From contig OZ024742.1 of the NCBI GenBank assembly GCA_964016885.1, positions 348,812,001 through 348,876,000 of the forward strand: DNA of 64,000 nt, in the 5' to 3' direction. Of this stretch, positions 1 to 14,862 are shown piece after piece. Position 1 is the stretch's first letter. The number at the start of each line of letters is the position of its first letter. This DNA comes from Eledone cirrhosa. Taxonomy: Eukaryota. The translations under genes and the position numbers were made by a program. The notes beneath the pieces are model-generated. The model was not told the origin of the DNA. It was given only the letters and a program-made list of their open reading frames with translations, and did not search any database.

Positions 1-3000
1 CTCAATATGGCGACATTATTGACAATGTAAATCATTCTATGTCTAAATATGGTGACATTATTGACATAGTGTAAAGCAGTCTATGTCTCAATATGGCAAC
101 ATTATTGACAATGTAAAGCTCTCTATGTCTCAATATGGCGACATTATTGACAGAGTGTAAAGCTCTCTATGTCTCAATATGGTGATATTATTGACAGTGT
201 AAAGCTCTCTATGATTCAATATAGCGACATTATTGACACAGTGTTAAGCTCTCTATGTCTCAATATGGCGACATTATTGACACAGTGTAAAATCTCTCTA
301 TGTCTCAATATGGTGACATTATTGACACAGTGTAAAGCTCTCTATGTCTAAATATGGCGACATTATTGACACAGTGTAAAGCTCTCTATGTCTCAATATG
401 ACGACATTTTTGCTACAGTGTAGAGCTCTCTTTGTCTCAATATGGCGACATTATTGACAGTGTAAGGCTCTCTATGTCTCAATATCGCGTCATTATTGAT
501 ACAGTGTAGAGCTCTCTATGTCTCAATATGGTGACATTATTGACACAGTGTAAAGCTCTCTATTTCTCAATATGGTGACATTATTGACACAGTGTAAAGC
601 TCTCTAGGTCTCAATATGGTGACATTATTGACAGGGTAAAGCTCTCTATGTCTCAATATGGTGACATTATTGACACATTTTAAAGCACTCTATGTCTCAA
701 TATGGCGACATTATTGACAAAGTAAAGCCCTCTATGTCTCAATATGGCGACATTATTGACAGTGTAAAGCTCTCTATGTCTCAATATGGTGACATTATTG
801 ACACAGTGTAAAGCTCTCAATGTCACAATATAGTAACATTATTGACACAGTGTAAAGCTCTCTAGGACTCAATATGGTGACATTATTGACAGTGTAAAGC
901 TCTCATTGTCTCAATATGGCGACATTATTGACAATGTAAAGCTCTCTATGTCTCAATATTCTGACATTATTGACACATTGTAAAGCGCTCTATGTCTCAA
1001 TATGGTGACATCATTGACAGTGTAAAGCTCTGTATGTCTCAATATGGTGACATTATTGACAATGTAAAGCTCTCTATGTCTCAATATGGTGACATTATTG
1101 ACAGTGTAAAGCTCTCTATGTCTCAATATGGTGACATTATTGACACAGTGTAAAGCTCTCAATGTCTCAATATAGTAACATTATTGACACAGTGTATAGC
1201 TCTCTAGGACTCAATATGGTGACATTATTGACAATGTAAAGCTCTCTATGTCTCAATATTCTGACATTATTGACACATTGTAAAGCGCTCTATGTCTCAA
1301 TATGGTGACATTATTGACAGTGTAAAGCTCTCTATGTCTCAATATGGCGACATTATTGACAATGTAAAGCTCTCTATGTCTCAATATGCTGACATTATTG
1401 ACAGTGTAAAGCTCTCTATGTCTCAATATGGTGACATTATTGACACAGTGTAAAGCTCTCTATGTCTCAATATGGCGACATTATTGATACAGTGTAAAGC
1501 TATCTGTCTCAATATGGCGACATTATTGGTACAGTGTAAAGCTTCTATGTCTCAATATGGTGAGATTATTGACACAGTGTAAAGCTCTCTATGTCTCAAT
1601 ATGGTGACATTATTGACAATGTAAAGCTCTCTATGTCTCAATATGGTGACATTATTGACAGTGTAAAGCTCTCTATGTCTCAATATGGCGACATTATTAA
1701 CAATGTAAAGCTCTCTATGTCTCAATATGGTGACATTATTGACAGTGTAAAGCTCTCTATGTCTCAATATGGTGACATTATTGACACATTGTAAAGTTTT
1801 CTATGTCTCAATATGGTGACATTATTGACAGTGTAAAACTCTCTATGTCTCAATATGGCGACATTATTGACAACGTAAAGCTCTCTATGTGTCAATATGG
1901 CGACATTATTGACAATGTAAAGCTCTCTATGTCTCAATATGGCGACATTATTGACAATGTAAAGCTCTCTATGTCTCAACATGGTGATATTATTGACAAT
2001 GTAAAGCTCTCTATGTCTCAATATGGCGACATTATTGACAACGTAAAGCTCTCTATGTCTCAATATGGCGACAATATTGACAGTGTAAAGCTCTCTATGT
2101 CTCAATATGGTGACATTATTGACACATTGTAAAGCTCTCTAGGTCTCAATATGGTGACATTATTGACAGGGTAAAGCTCTCTATGTCTCAATATGGTGAC
2201 ATTATTGACACATGTTAAAGCTCTCTATGTCTCAATATGGTGACATTATTGACAGTGTAAAGCTCTCTATGTCTTAATACGGCGACATTATTGACAATCT
2301 AAAGCTATCTATGTCTCAATATGGTGAACTTATTGACAATGTAAAGCTCTCTATGTCTCAATATGGTGATATTATTGACAATGTAAAGCTCTCTATGTCT
2401 CAATATGGCGACATTATTGACAATGTAAAGCTCTCTATGTCTCAATATGGCGACATTATTGACAGTGTAAAGCTCTCTATGTCTCAATATGGTGACATTA
2501 TTGACACGGTGTAAAGCTCTCAATGTCTCAATATAGTAACATTATTGACACAGTGTAAAGCTCTCTAGGACTCAATATGGTGACATTATTGACAATGTGA
2601 AGCTCTGTATGTCTCAATATTCTGACATTATTGACACATTGTAAAGCGCTCTATGTCTCAATATGGTGACATCATTGACAGTGTAAAGCTCTGTATGTCT
2701 CAATATGGTGACATTATTGACAATGTAAAGCTCTCTATGTCTCAATATGGTGACATTATTGACAGTGTAAAGCCCTCTATGTCTCAATATGGTGACATTA
2801 TTGACAGTGTAAAGTTCTCATTGTCTCAATATGGCGACATTATTGACAATGTAAAGCTCTCTATGTCTCAATATGGTGACATTATTGACAGTGTAAAGCT
2901 CTCTATGTCTCAATATGGCGACATTATTGACAATGTAAAGCTCTCTATGTCTCAATATGGTGACATTATTGACAGTGTAAAGCTCTCTATGTCTCAATAT

Positions 3001-6000
3001 GGTGACATTATTGACACAGTGTAAAGCTCTCTATGTCTCAATATGGTGATATTATTGACAGTGTAAATCTCTCTATGATTCAATATAGCGACAGTATTGA
3101 CACAGTGTTAAGCTCTCTATGTCTCAATATGGCGACCTTATTGACACATCGTAAAATCTCTCTATGTCTCAATATGGTGACATTATTGACACAGTGTAAA
3201 GCTCTCTATGTCTCAATATGGCGACATTATTGACAATGTGAAGCTCTGTATGTCTCAATATTCTGACATTATTGACACATTGTAAAGCGCTCTATGTCTC
3301 AATATGGTGACATCATTGACAGTGTAAAGCTCTGTATGTCTCAATATGGTGACATTATTGACAATGTAAAGCTCTCTATGTCTCAATATGGTGACATTAT
3401 TGACAGTGTAAAGCCCTCTATTTCTCAATATGGTGACATTATTGACACAATGTAAAGCTCTCTAGGTCTCAATATGGTGACATTATTGACACATTTAAAG
3501 CACTCTATGTCTCAATATGGCGACATTATTGACAAAGTAAAGCCCTCTATGTCTCAATATGGCGACATTATTGACAGTGTAAAGCTCTCTATGTCTCAAT
3601 ATGGTGACATTATTGACACAGTGTAAAGCTCTCAATGTCACAATATAGTAACATTATTGACACAGTGTAAAGCTCTCTAGGACTCAATATGGTGACATTA
3701 TTGACAATGTAAAGCTCTCTATGTCTCAATATTCTGACATTATTGACACATTGTAAAGCGCTCTATGTCTCAATATGGTGACATCATTGACAGTGTAAAG
3801 CTCTGTATGTCTCAATATGGTGACATTATTGACAGTGTAAAGCTCTCTATGTCTCAATATGGTGACATTATTGACAGTGTAAAGCTCTCATTGTCTCAAT
3901 ATGGCGTCATTATTGACAATGTAAAGCTCTCTATCTCTCAATATTCTGACATTATTGACACATTGTAAAGCGCTCTATGTCTCAATATGGTGACATCATT
4001 GACAGTGTAAAGCTCTGTATGTCTCAATATGGTGACATTATTGACAATGTAAAGCTCTCTATGTCTCAATATGGTGACATTATTGACAGTGTAAAGCTCT
4101 CTATGTCTCAATATGGTGACATTATTGACACAGTGTAAAGCTCTCAATGTCTCAATATAGTAACATTATTGACACAGTGTAAAGCTCTCTAGGACTCAAT
4201 ATGGTGACATTATTGACAATGTAAAGCTCTCTATGTCTCAATATTCTGACATTATTGACACATTGTAAAGCGCTCTATGTCTCAATATGGTGACCTTATT
4301 GACAGTGTAAAGCTCTCTATGTCTCAATATGCTGACATTATTGACAGTGTAAAGCTCTCTATGTCTCAATATGGTGACATTATTGACACAGTGTAAAGCT
4401 CTCTATGTCTCAATATGGCGATATTATTGATACAGTGTAAAGCTATCTGTCTCAATATGGTGACATTATTGACAGTGTAAAGCTCTCTATGTCTCAATAT
4501 GGTGACATTATTGACAATGTAAAGCTCTCTATGTCTCAATATGGTGACATTATTGACAGTGTAAAGCCCTCTATGTCTCAATATGGTGACATTATTGACA
4601 GTGTAAAGCTCTCATTGTCTCAATATGGCGACATTATTGACAATGTAAAGCTCTCTATGTCTCAATATGGTGACATTATTGACAGTGTAAAGCTCTCTAT
4701 GTCTCAATATGGCGACATTATTGACAATGTAAAGCTCTCTATGTCTCAATATGCTGACATTATTGACAGTGTAAAGCTCTCTATGTCTCAATATGGCGAC
4801 ATTATTGATACAGTGTAAAGCTTTCTGTCTCAATATGGCGACATTATTGACAATGTAAAGCTTTCTATGTCTCAATATGGCGACATTATTGACACAGTGT
4901 AAAGCTCTATATGTCTCAATATAGCGACATTATTGACAATGTAAAGCTCTCTATGTGTCAATATAGCGCCATTATTGACAATGTAAAGCTCTCTATGTCT
5001 CAATATAGTGACATTATTGACAACGTAAAGCTCTCTATGTCTCAATATAGCGCCATTATTGACAATGTAAAGCTCTCTATGTCTCAATATGGTGACATTA
5101 TTGACAGTGTAAAGCTCTCTATGTCTCAATATGGCGACGTTATTGACAGTGTAAAGCTCTCTATGTCTCAATATGGCGACATTATTGACACAGTGTAAAG
5201 CTCTCTATATCACAATATGGCGACATTATTGACAATGTAAAGCTCTCTATGTCTCAATATGGCGACATTATTGACACAGTGTAAAGCTCTCTATGTCTCA
5301 ATATGGCGACATTATTGACAATGTAAATCATTCTATGTCTCAATATGGTGACATTATTGACATAGTGTAAAGCACTCTATGTCTCAATATGGCAACATTA
5401 TTGACAATGTAAAGCTCTCTATGTCTCAATATGGCGACATTATTGACAGAGTGTAAAGCTCTCTATGTCTCAATATGGTGATATTATTGACAGTGTAAAG
5501 CTCTCTATGATTCAATATAGCGACATTAATGACACAGTGTAAAGCTCTCTATGTCTCAATATGGCGATATTATTGACACAGTGTAAATCTCTCTATGTCA
5601 CAATATGGTGACATTATTGACACAGTATAAAGCTCTCTATGTCTCAATATGGCGACATTATTGACACAGTGTAAAGCTCTCTATGTCTCAATATGGCGAC
5701 TTTTTTCCTACAGTGTAGAGCTCTCTTTGTCTCAATATGGCGACATTATTGACAGTGTAAAGCTCTCTATGTCTCAATATGGCGACATTATTGATACAGT
5801 GTAGAGCTCTCTATGTTTCAATATGGTGACATTATTGACACAGTGTAAAGCTCTCTGTTTCTCAATATGGTGACATTATTGACAGTGTAAAGCCCACTAT
5901 GTCTCAATATGGTGACAGTATTGACAGTGTAAAGCTCTCTATGTCTCAATATGGCGACATTATTGATACAGTGTAACGCTCTCTATGTCTCAATATGGCG

Positions 6001-6836
6001 ACATTATTGACAATGTAAAGATCTCTATGTCTCAATATGGCGACATTATTGACAATGTAAAGCTCTCTATGTCTCAATATGGCGACAGTATTGACAGTGT
6101 AAAGCTCTCTATGTCTCAATATGGCGACAGTATTGACAGTGTAAAGCTCTCTATGTCTCAATATGGTGAGATTATTGACAGTGTAAAGCTCTCTATGTCT
6201 CAATATGACGACATTATTGACAATGTAAAGCTCTCTATGTCTCAATATGGTGACATTATTGACAGTGTAAAGCTCTCTATGTCTCAATATGGCGACATTA
6301 TTAACAATGTAAAGCTTTCTATGTCTCAATATGGCGACATTATTGACACAGTGTAAAGCTCTCTATGTCTCAATATAGCGACATTATTGACAATATAAAG
6401 CTCTCTATGTCTCAATATAGCGCCATTATTGACAATGTAATGCTCTCTATGTCTCAATATGGTGACATTTTTGACAATGTAAAGCTCTCTATGTCTCAAT
6501 ATAGCGCCATTATTGACAATGTAAAGCTCTCTATGTTTCAATATGGTGACATTATTGACAGTGTAAAGCTCTCTATGTCTCAATATGGCGACATTATTGA
6601 CAGTTTAAAGCTCTCTATGTCTCAATATGGTGACATTATTGACACAGTGTAAAGCTCTCTATGTCTCAATATGGCGACATTATTGACAATGTAAAGCTCT
6701 CTATGTCTCAATATGGCGACATTATTGACATAGTGTAAAGCTCTCTATATCACAATATGGCGACATTATCGACAATGTAAAGCTCTCTATGTCTCAATAT
6801 GGCGACATTATTGACACAGTGTAAAGCTCTCTATGT

Positions 6837-8430
6837 CTCAATATGGCGACATTATTGACAATGTAAATCATTCTATGTCTAAATATGGTGACATTATTGA
6901 CATAGTGTAAAGCAGTCTATGTCTCAATATGGCAACATTATTGACAATGTAAAGCTCTCTATGTCTCAATATGGCGACATTATTGACAGAGTGTAAAGCT
7001 CTCTATGTCTCAATATGGTGATATTATTGACAGTGTAAAGCTCTCTATGATTCAATATAGCGACATTATTGACACAGTGTTAAGCTCTCTATGTCTCAAT
7101 ATGGCGACATTATTGACACAGTGTAAAATCTCTCTATGTCTCAATATGGTGACATTATTGACACAGTGTAAAGCTCTCAATGTCTAAATATGGCGACATT
7201 ATTGACACAGTGTAAAGCTCTCTATGTCTCTATATGACGACATTTTTGCTACAGTGTAGAGCTCTCTTTGTCTCAATATGGTGACATTATTGACAGTGTA
7301 AGGCTCTCTATGTCTCAATATCGCGTCATTATTGATACAGTGTAGAGCTCTCTATGTCTCAATATGGTGACATTATTGACACAGTGTAAAGCTCTCTATT
7401 TCTCAATATGGTGACATTATTGACACAGTGTAAAGCTCTCTAGGTCTCAATATGGTGACATTATTGACAGGGTAAAGCTCTCTATGTCTCAATATGGTGA
7501 CATTATTGACACATTTTAAAGCACTCTATGTCTCAATATGGCGACATTATTGACAAAGTAAAGCCCTCTATGTCTCAATATGGCGACATTATTGACAGTG
7601 TAAAGCTCTCTATGTCTCAATATGGTGACATTATTGACACAGTGTAAAGCTCTCAATGTCACAATATAGTAACATTATTGACACAGTGTAAAGCTCTCTA
7701 GGACTCAATATGGTGACATTATTGACAATGTAAAGCTCTCTATGTCTCAATATTCTGACATTATTGACACATTGTAAAGCGCTCTATGTCTCAATATGGT
7801 GACATCATTGACAGTGTAAAGCTCTGTATGTCTCAATATGGTGACATTATTGACAATGTAAAGCTCTCTATGTCTCAATATGGTGACATTATTGACAGTG
7901 TAAAGCTCTCTATGTCTCAATATGGTGACATTATTGACACAGTGTAAAGCTCTCAATGTCTCAATATAGTAACATTATTGACACAGTGTAAAGCTCTCTA
8001 GGACTCAATATGGTGACATTATTGACAATGTAAAGCTCTCTATGTCTCAATATTCTGACATTATTGACACATTGTAAAGCGCTCTATGTCTCAATATGGT
8101 GACATTATTGACAGTGTAAAGCTCTCTATGTCTCAATATGGCGACATTATTGACAATGTAAAGCTCTCTATGTCTCAATATGCTGACATTATTGACAGTG
8201 TAAAGCTCTCTATGTCTCAATATGGTGACATTATTGACACAGTGTAAAGCTCTCTATGTCTCAATATGGCGACATTATTGATACAGTGTAAAGCTATCTG
8301 TCTCAATATGGCGACATTATTGGTACAGTGTAAAGCTTCTATGTCTCAATATGGTGAGATTATTGACACAGTGTAAAGCTCTCTATGTCTCAATATGGTG
8401 ACATTATTGACAATGTAAAGCTCTCTATGT
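6837..8430 (+). repeat. Segmental copy of ~1-1640 (offset 6836, then 6794 after loss of one 42-mer)
   Basis: Shared private variants in the same order (gtctaaatat, aagcagtct, atgacgacatttttgc, gtaaggct, atcgcgtc). ORF pairs 169/7005 and 953/7747. Confidence 0.85.
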
Positions 8431-8435
8431 CTCAA

Positions 8436-10760
8436 TATGGTGACATTATTGACACAGTGTAAAGCTCTCAATGTCACAATATAGTAACATTATTGACACA
8501 GTGTAAAGCTCTCTAGGACTCAATATGGTGACATTATTGACAATGTAAAGCTCTCTATGTCTCAATATTCTGACATTATTGACACATTGTAAAGCGCTCT
8601 ATGTCTCACTATGGTGACATCATTGACAGTGTAAAGCTCTGTATGTCTCAATATGGTGACATTATTGACAGTGTAAAGCTCTCTATGTCTCAATATGGTG
8701 ACATTATTGACAGTGTAAAGCTCTCATTGTCTCAATATGGCGACATTATTGACAATGTAAAGCTCTCTATGTCTCAATATTCTGACATTATTGACACATT
8801 GTAAAGCGCTCTATGTCTCAATATGGTGACATCATTGACAGTGTAAAGCTCTCTATGTCTCAATATGGTGACATTATTGACAGTGTAAAGCTCTCTATGT
8901 CTCAATATGGTGACATTATTGACACAGTGTAAAGCTCTCAATGTCTCAATATAGTAACATTATTGACACATTGTAAAGCTCTCTAGGACTCAATATGGTG
9001 ACATTATTGACAATGTAAAGCTCTCTATGTCTCAATATTCTGACATTATTGACACATTGTAAAGCGCTCTATGTCTCAATATGGTGACCTTATTGACAGT
9101 GTAAAGCTCTCTATGTCTCAATATGCTGACATTATTGACAGTGTAAAGCTCTCTATGTCTCAATATGGTGACATTATTGACACAGTGTAAAGCTCTCTAT
9201 GTCTCAATATGGCGATATTATTGATACAGTGTAAAGCTATCTGTCTCAATATGGCGACATTATTGACAATGTAAAGCTCTCTATGTCTCAATATGGTGAG
9301 ATTATTGACACAGTGTAAAGCTCTCTATGTCTCAATATGGTGACATTATTGACAGTGTAAAGCTCTCTATGTCTCAATATGGTGACATTATTGACAATGT
9401 AAAGCTCTCTATGTCTCAATATGGTGACATTATTGACAGTGTAAAGCCCTCTATGTCTCAATATGGTGACATTATTGACAGTGTAAAGCTCTCATTGTCT
9501 CAATATGGCGACATTATTGACAATGTAAAGCTCTCTATGTCTCAATATGGTGACATTATTGACAGTGTAAAGCTCTCTATGTCTCAATATGGCGACATTA
9601 TTGACAATGTAAAGCTCTCTATGTCTCAATATGCTGACATTATTGACAGTGTAAAGCTCTCTATGACTCAATATGGCGACATTATTGATACAGTGTAAAG
9701 CTCTCTGTCTCAATATGGCGACATTATTGACAATGTAAAGCTTTCTATGTCTCAATATGGCGACATTATTGACACAGTGTAAATCTCTATATGTCTCAAT
9801 ATAGCGACATTATTGACAATGTAAAGCTCTCTATGTGTCAATATAGCGCCATTATTGACAATGTAAAGCTCTCTATGTCTCAATATAGTGACATTATTGA
9901 CAACGTAAAGCTCTCTATGTCTCAATATAGCGCCATTATTGACAATGTAAAGCTCTCTATGTCTCAATATGGTGACATTATTGACAGTGTAAAGCTCTCT
10001 ATGTCTCAATATGGCGACATTATTGACAGTGTAAAGCTCTCTATGTCTCAATATGGCGACATTATTGACACAGTGTAAAGCTCTCTATATCACAATATGG
10101 CGACATTATTGACAATGTAAAGCTCTCTATGTCTCAATATGGCGACATTATTGACACAGTGTAAAGCTCTCTATGTCTCAATATGGCGACATTATTGACA
10201 ATGTAAATCATTCTATGTCTCAATATGGTGACATTATTGACATAGTGTAAAGCACTCTATGTCTCAATATGGCAACATTATTGACAATGTAAAGCTCTCT
10301 ATGTCTCAATATGGCGACATTATTGACAGAGTGTAAAGCTCTCTACGTCTCAATATGGTGATATTATTGACAGTGTAAAGCTCTCTATGATTCAATATAG
10401 CGACATTATTGACACAGTGTAAAGCTCTCTATGTCTCAATATGGCGATATTATTGACACAGTGTAAATCTCTCTATGTCACAATATGGTGACATTATTGA
10501 CACAGTATAAAGCTCTCTATGTCTCAATATGGCGACATTATTGACACAGTGTAAAGCTCTCTATGTCTCAATATGGCGACTTTTTTCCTACAGTGTAGAG
10601 CTCTCTTTGTCTCAATATGGCGACATTATTGACAGTGTAAAGCTCTCTATGTCTCAATATGGCGACATTATTGATACAGTGTAGAGCTCTCTATGTTTCA
10701 ATATGGTGACATTATTGACACAGTGTAAAGCTCTCTGTTTCTCAATATGGTGACATTATT
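8436..10760 (+). repeat. Segmental copy of ~3600-5880 (offset 4836 rising to 4880)
   Basis: ORF pairs 3765/8601 and 4872/9752. Private variants ttttttcctacag at 5701/10581 and ctctctgtttctc at 5851/10731. Confidence 0.85.
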
Positions 10761-11479
10761 GACACAGTGTAAAGCTCTCTAGGTCTCAACATGGTGACAT
10801 TATTGACAGTGTAAAGCTCTCTATGTCTCAATATGGTGAGATTATTGACACATTTTAAAGCTATCTATGTCTCAATATGGTGACATTATTGACAATGTAA
10901 AGCTCTCTATGTCTCAATATGGTGACATTATTGACAGTGTAAAGCTCTCTATGTCTCAATATGGTGACATTATTGACAATGTAAGGCTCTCTATGTCTCA
11001 ATATGGTGACATTATTGACAGTGTAAAGCCCTCTATGTCACAATATGGTGACATTATTGACAGTGTAAAGCTCTCATTGTCTCAATATGGCGACATTATT
11101 GACAATGTAAAGCTCTCTATGTCTCAATATGGTGACATTATTGACAGTGTAAAGCTCTCTATGTCTCAATATGGCGACATTATTGACAATGTAAAGCTCT
11201 CTATGTCTCAATATACTGACATTATTGACAGTGTAAAGCTCTCTATGTCTCAATATGGTGACATTATTGACACAGTGTAAAGCTCTCTATGTCTCAATAT
11301 GGCGACATTATTGATACAGTGTAAAGCTCTCTGTCTCAATATGGCGACATTACTGACAATGTAAAGCTTTCTATGTCTCAATATGGCGACATTATTGACA
11401 CAGTGTAAAGCTCTATATGTCTCAATATAGCGACATTATTGACAATGTAAAGCTCTCTATGTGTCAATATAGCGCCATT

Positions 11480-14400
11480 ATTGACACAGTGTAAAGCTCT
11501 CTATGTCTCAATATGGCGACATTATTGACAATGTAAATCATTCTATGTCTCAATATGGTGACATTATTGACATAGTGTAAAGCACTCTATGTCTCAATAT
11601 GGCAACATTATTGACAATGTAAAGCTCTCTATGTCTCAATATGGCGACATTATTGACAGAGTGTAAAGCTCTCTATGTCTCAATATGGCGACATTATTGA
11701 CACAGTGTAAAGCTCTCTATGTCTCAATATGGTGACATTATTGACAGTGTAAAGCTCTCTATGTCTCAATATGGCGACATTATTGACAATGTAAAGCTCT
11801 CTATGTCTCAATATGGCGACATTATTGACAGAGTGTAAAGCTCTCTATGTCTCAATATGGTGATATTATTGACAGTGTAAAGCTCTCTATGATTCAATAT
11901 AGCGACATTATTGACACAGTGTAAAGCTCTCTATGTCTCAATATGGCGATATTATTGACACAGTGTAAATCTCTCTATGTCACAATATGGTGACATTATT
12001 GACACAGTATAAAGCTCTCTATCTCTCAATATGGCGACATTATTGACACAGTGTAAAGCTCTCTATGTCTCAATATGGCGACATTTTTGCTACAGTGTAG
12101 AGCTCTCTTTGTCTCAATATGGCGACATTATTGACAGTGTAAAGCTCTCTATGTCTCAATATGGCGACATTATTGATACAGTGTAGAGCTCTCTATGTCT
12201 CAATATGGTGACATTATTGACACAGTGTAAAGCTCTCTATTTCTCAATATGGTGACATTATTGACACAGTGTAAAGCTCTCTAGGTCTCAACATGGTGAC
12301 ATTATTGACAGACTAAAGCTCTCTATGTCTCAATATGGTGACATTATTGACACATTTTAAAGCTCTCTATGTCTCAATATGGTGACATTATTGACAGTGT
12401 AAAGCTCTCTATGTCTTAATATGGCGACATTATTGACAATGTAAAGCTCTCTATGTCTCAATATGGTGACATTATTGACAGTGTAAAGCTCTCTATGTCT
12501 CAATATGGTGACATTATTGACAGTGTAAAGCCCTCTATGTCTCAATATGGTGACATTATTGACAGTGTAAAGCTCTCATTGTCTCAATATGGCGACATTA
12601 TTGACAATGTAAAGCTCTCTATGTCTCAATATGCTGACATTATTGACAGTGTAAAGCTCTCTATGTCTCAATATGGCTACATTATTGATACAGTGTAAAG
12701 CTCTCTGTCTCAATATGGCGACATTATTGACAATGTAAATCTTTCTATGTCTCAATATGGCGACATTATTGACACAGTGTAAAGCTCTATATGTCTCAAT
12801 ATAGCGACATTATTGACAATGTAAAGCTCTCTATGTGTCAATATAGCGCCATTATTGACAATGTAAAGCTCTCTATGTCTCAATATAGTGACATTATTGA
12901 CAACGTAAAGCTCTCTATGTCTCAATATAGCGCCATTATTGACAATGTAAAGCTCTCTATGTCTCAATATGGTGACATTATTGACTGTGTAAAGCTCTCT
13001 ATGTCTCAATATGGCGACATTATTGACAGTGTAAAGCTCTCTATGTCTCAATATGGCGACATTATTGACACAGTGTAAAGCTCTCTATATCACAATATGG
13101 CGACATTATTGACAATGTAAAGCTCTCCATGTCTCAATATGGCGACATTATTGACACAGTGTAAAGCTCTCTATGTCTCAATATGGCGACATTATTGACA
13201 ATGTAAATCATTCTATGTCTCAATATGGTGACATTATTGACATAGTGTAAAGCACTCTATGTCTCAATATGGCAACATTATTGACAATGTAAAGCTCTCT
13301 ATGTCTCAATATGGCGACATTATTGACAGAGTGTAAAGCTCTCTATGTCTCAATATGGCGACATTATTGACACAGTGTAAAGCTCTCTATGTCTCAATAT
13401 GGTGACATTATTGACAGTGTAAAGCTCTCTATGTCTCAATATGGCGACATTATTGACAATGTAAAGCTCTCTATGTCTCAATATGGCGACATTATTGACA
13501 GAGTGTAAAGCTCTCTATGTCTCAATATGGTGATATTATTGACAGTGTAAAGCTCTCTATGATTCAATATAGCGACATTATTGACACAGTGTAAAGCTCT
13601 CTATGTCTCAATATGGCGATATTATTGACACAGTGTAAATCTCTCTATGTCACAATATGGTGACATTATTGACACAGTATAAAGCTCTCTATGTCTCAAT
13701 ATGGCGACATTATTGACACAGTGTAAAGCTCTCTATGTCTCAATATGGCGACATTTTTGCTACAGTGTAGAGCTCTCTTTGTCTCAATATGGCGACATTA
13801 TTGACAGTGTAAAGCTCTCTATGTCTCAATATGGCGACATTATTGATACAGTGTAGAGCTCTCTATGTCTCAATATGGTGACATTATTGACACAGTGTAA
13901 AGCTCTCTATTTCTCAATATGGTGACATTATTGACACAGTGTAAAGCTCTCTAGGTCTCAACATGGTGACATTATTGACAGACTAAAGCTCTCTATGTCT
14001 CAATATGGTGACATTATTGACACATTTTAAAGCTCTCTATGTCTCAATATGGTGACATTATTGACAGTGTAAAGCTCTCTATGTCTTAATATGGCGACAT
14101 TATTGACAATGTAAAGCTCTCTATGTCTCAATATGGTGACATTATTGACAGTGTAAAGCTCTCTATGTCTCAATATGGTGACATTATTGACAATGTAAAG
14201 CTCTCTATGTCTCAATATGGTGACATTATTGACAGTGTAAAGCCCTCTATGTCTCAATATGGTGACATTATTGACAGTGTAAAGCTCTCATTGTCTCAAT
14301 ATGGCGACATTATTGACAATGTAAAGCTCTCTATGTCTCAATATGCTGACATTATTGACAGTGTAAAGCTCTCTATGTCTCAATATGGCTACATTATTGA

Positions 14401-14862
14401 TACAGTGTAAAGCTCTCTGTCTCAATATGGCGACATTATTGACAATGTAAATCTTTCTATGTCTCAATATGGCGACATTATTGACACAGTGTAAAGCTCT
14501 ATATGTCTCAATATAGCGACATTATTGACAATGTAAAGCTCTCTATGTGTCAATATAGCGCCATTATTGACAATGTAAAGCTCTCTATGTCTCAATATAG
14601 TGACATTATTGACAACGTAAAGCTCTCTATGTCTCAATATAGCGCCATTATTGACAATGTAAAGCTCTCTATGTCTCAATATGGTGACATTATTGACTGT
14701 GTAAAGCTCTCTATGTCTCAATATGGCGACATTATTGACAGTGTAAAGCTCTCTATGTCTCAATATGGCGACATTATTGACACAGTGTAAAGCTCTCTAT
14801 ATCACAATATGGCGACATTATTGACAATGTAAAGCTCTCCATGTCTCAATATGGCGACATTA
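11480..14862 (+). repeat. Tandem duplication, unit 1670/1712 bp (copies ~11480-13150 and ~13150-14862; second copy has one extra 42-mer)
   Basis: Private variants gacagactaaag (12311/13981), ggctac, ttgactgtgt and ctctccat occur in both copies. ORF pairs 12357/14027 and 12752/14464. Confidence 0.9.

Noticed and set aside
5695-5720. Splice-acceptor-like ttttttcctacag|tg (also 10581, 15293) and donor-like ag|gtaaag / gg|gtaaag variants
   Set aside because: These are variants of a satellite monomer. The donors are weak, there is no distinct exon sequence, and no transcript evidence is available. Only spliced RNA reads would revive this.
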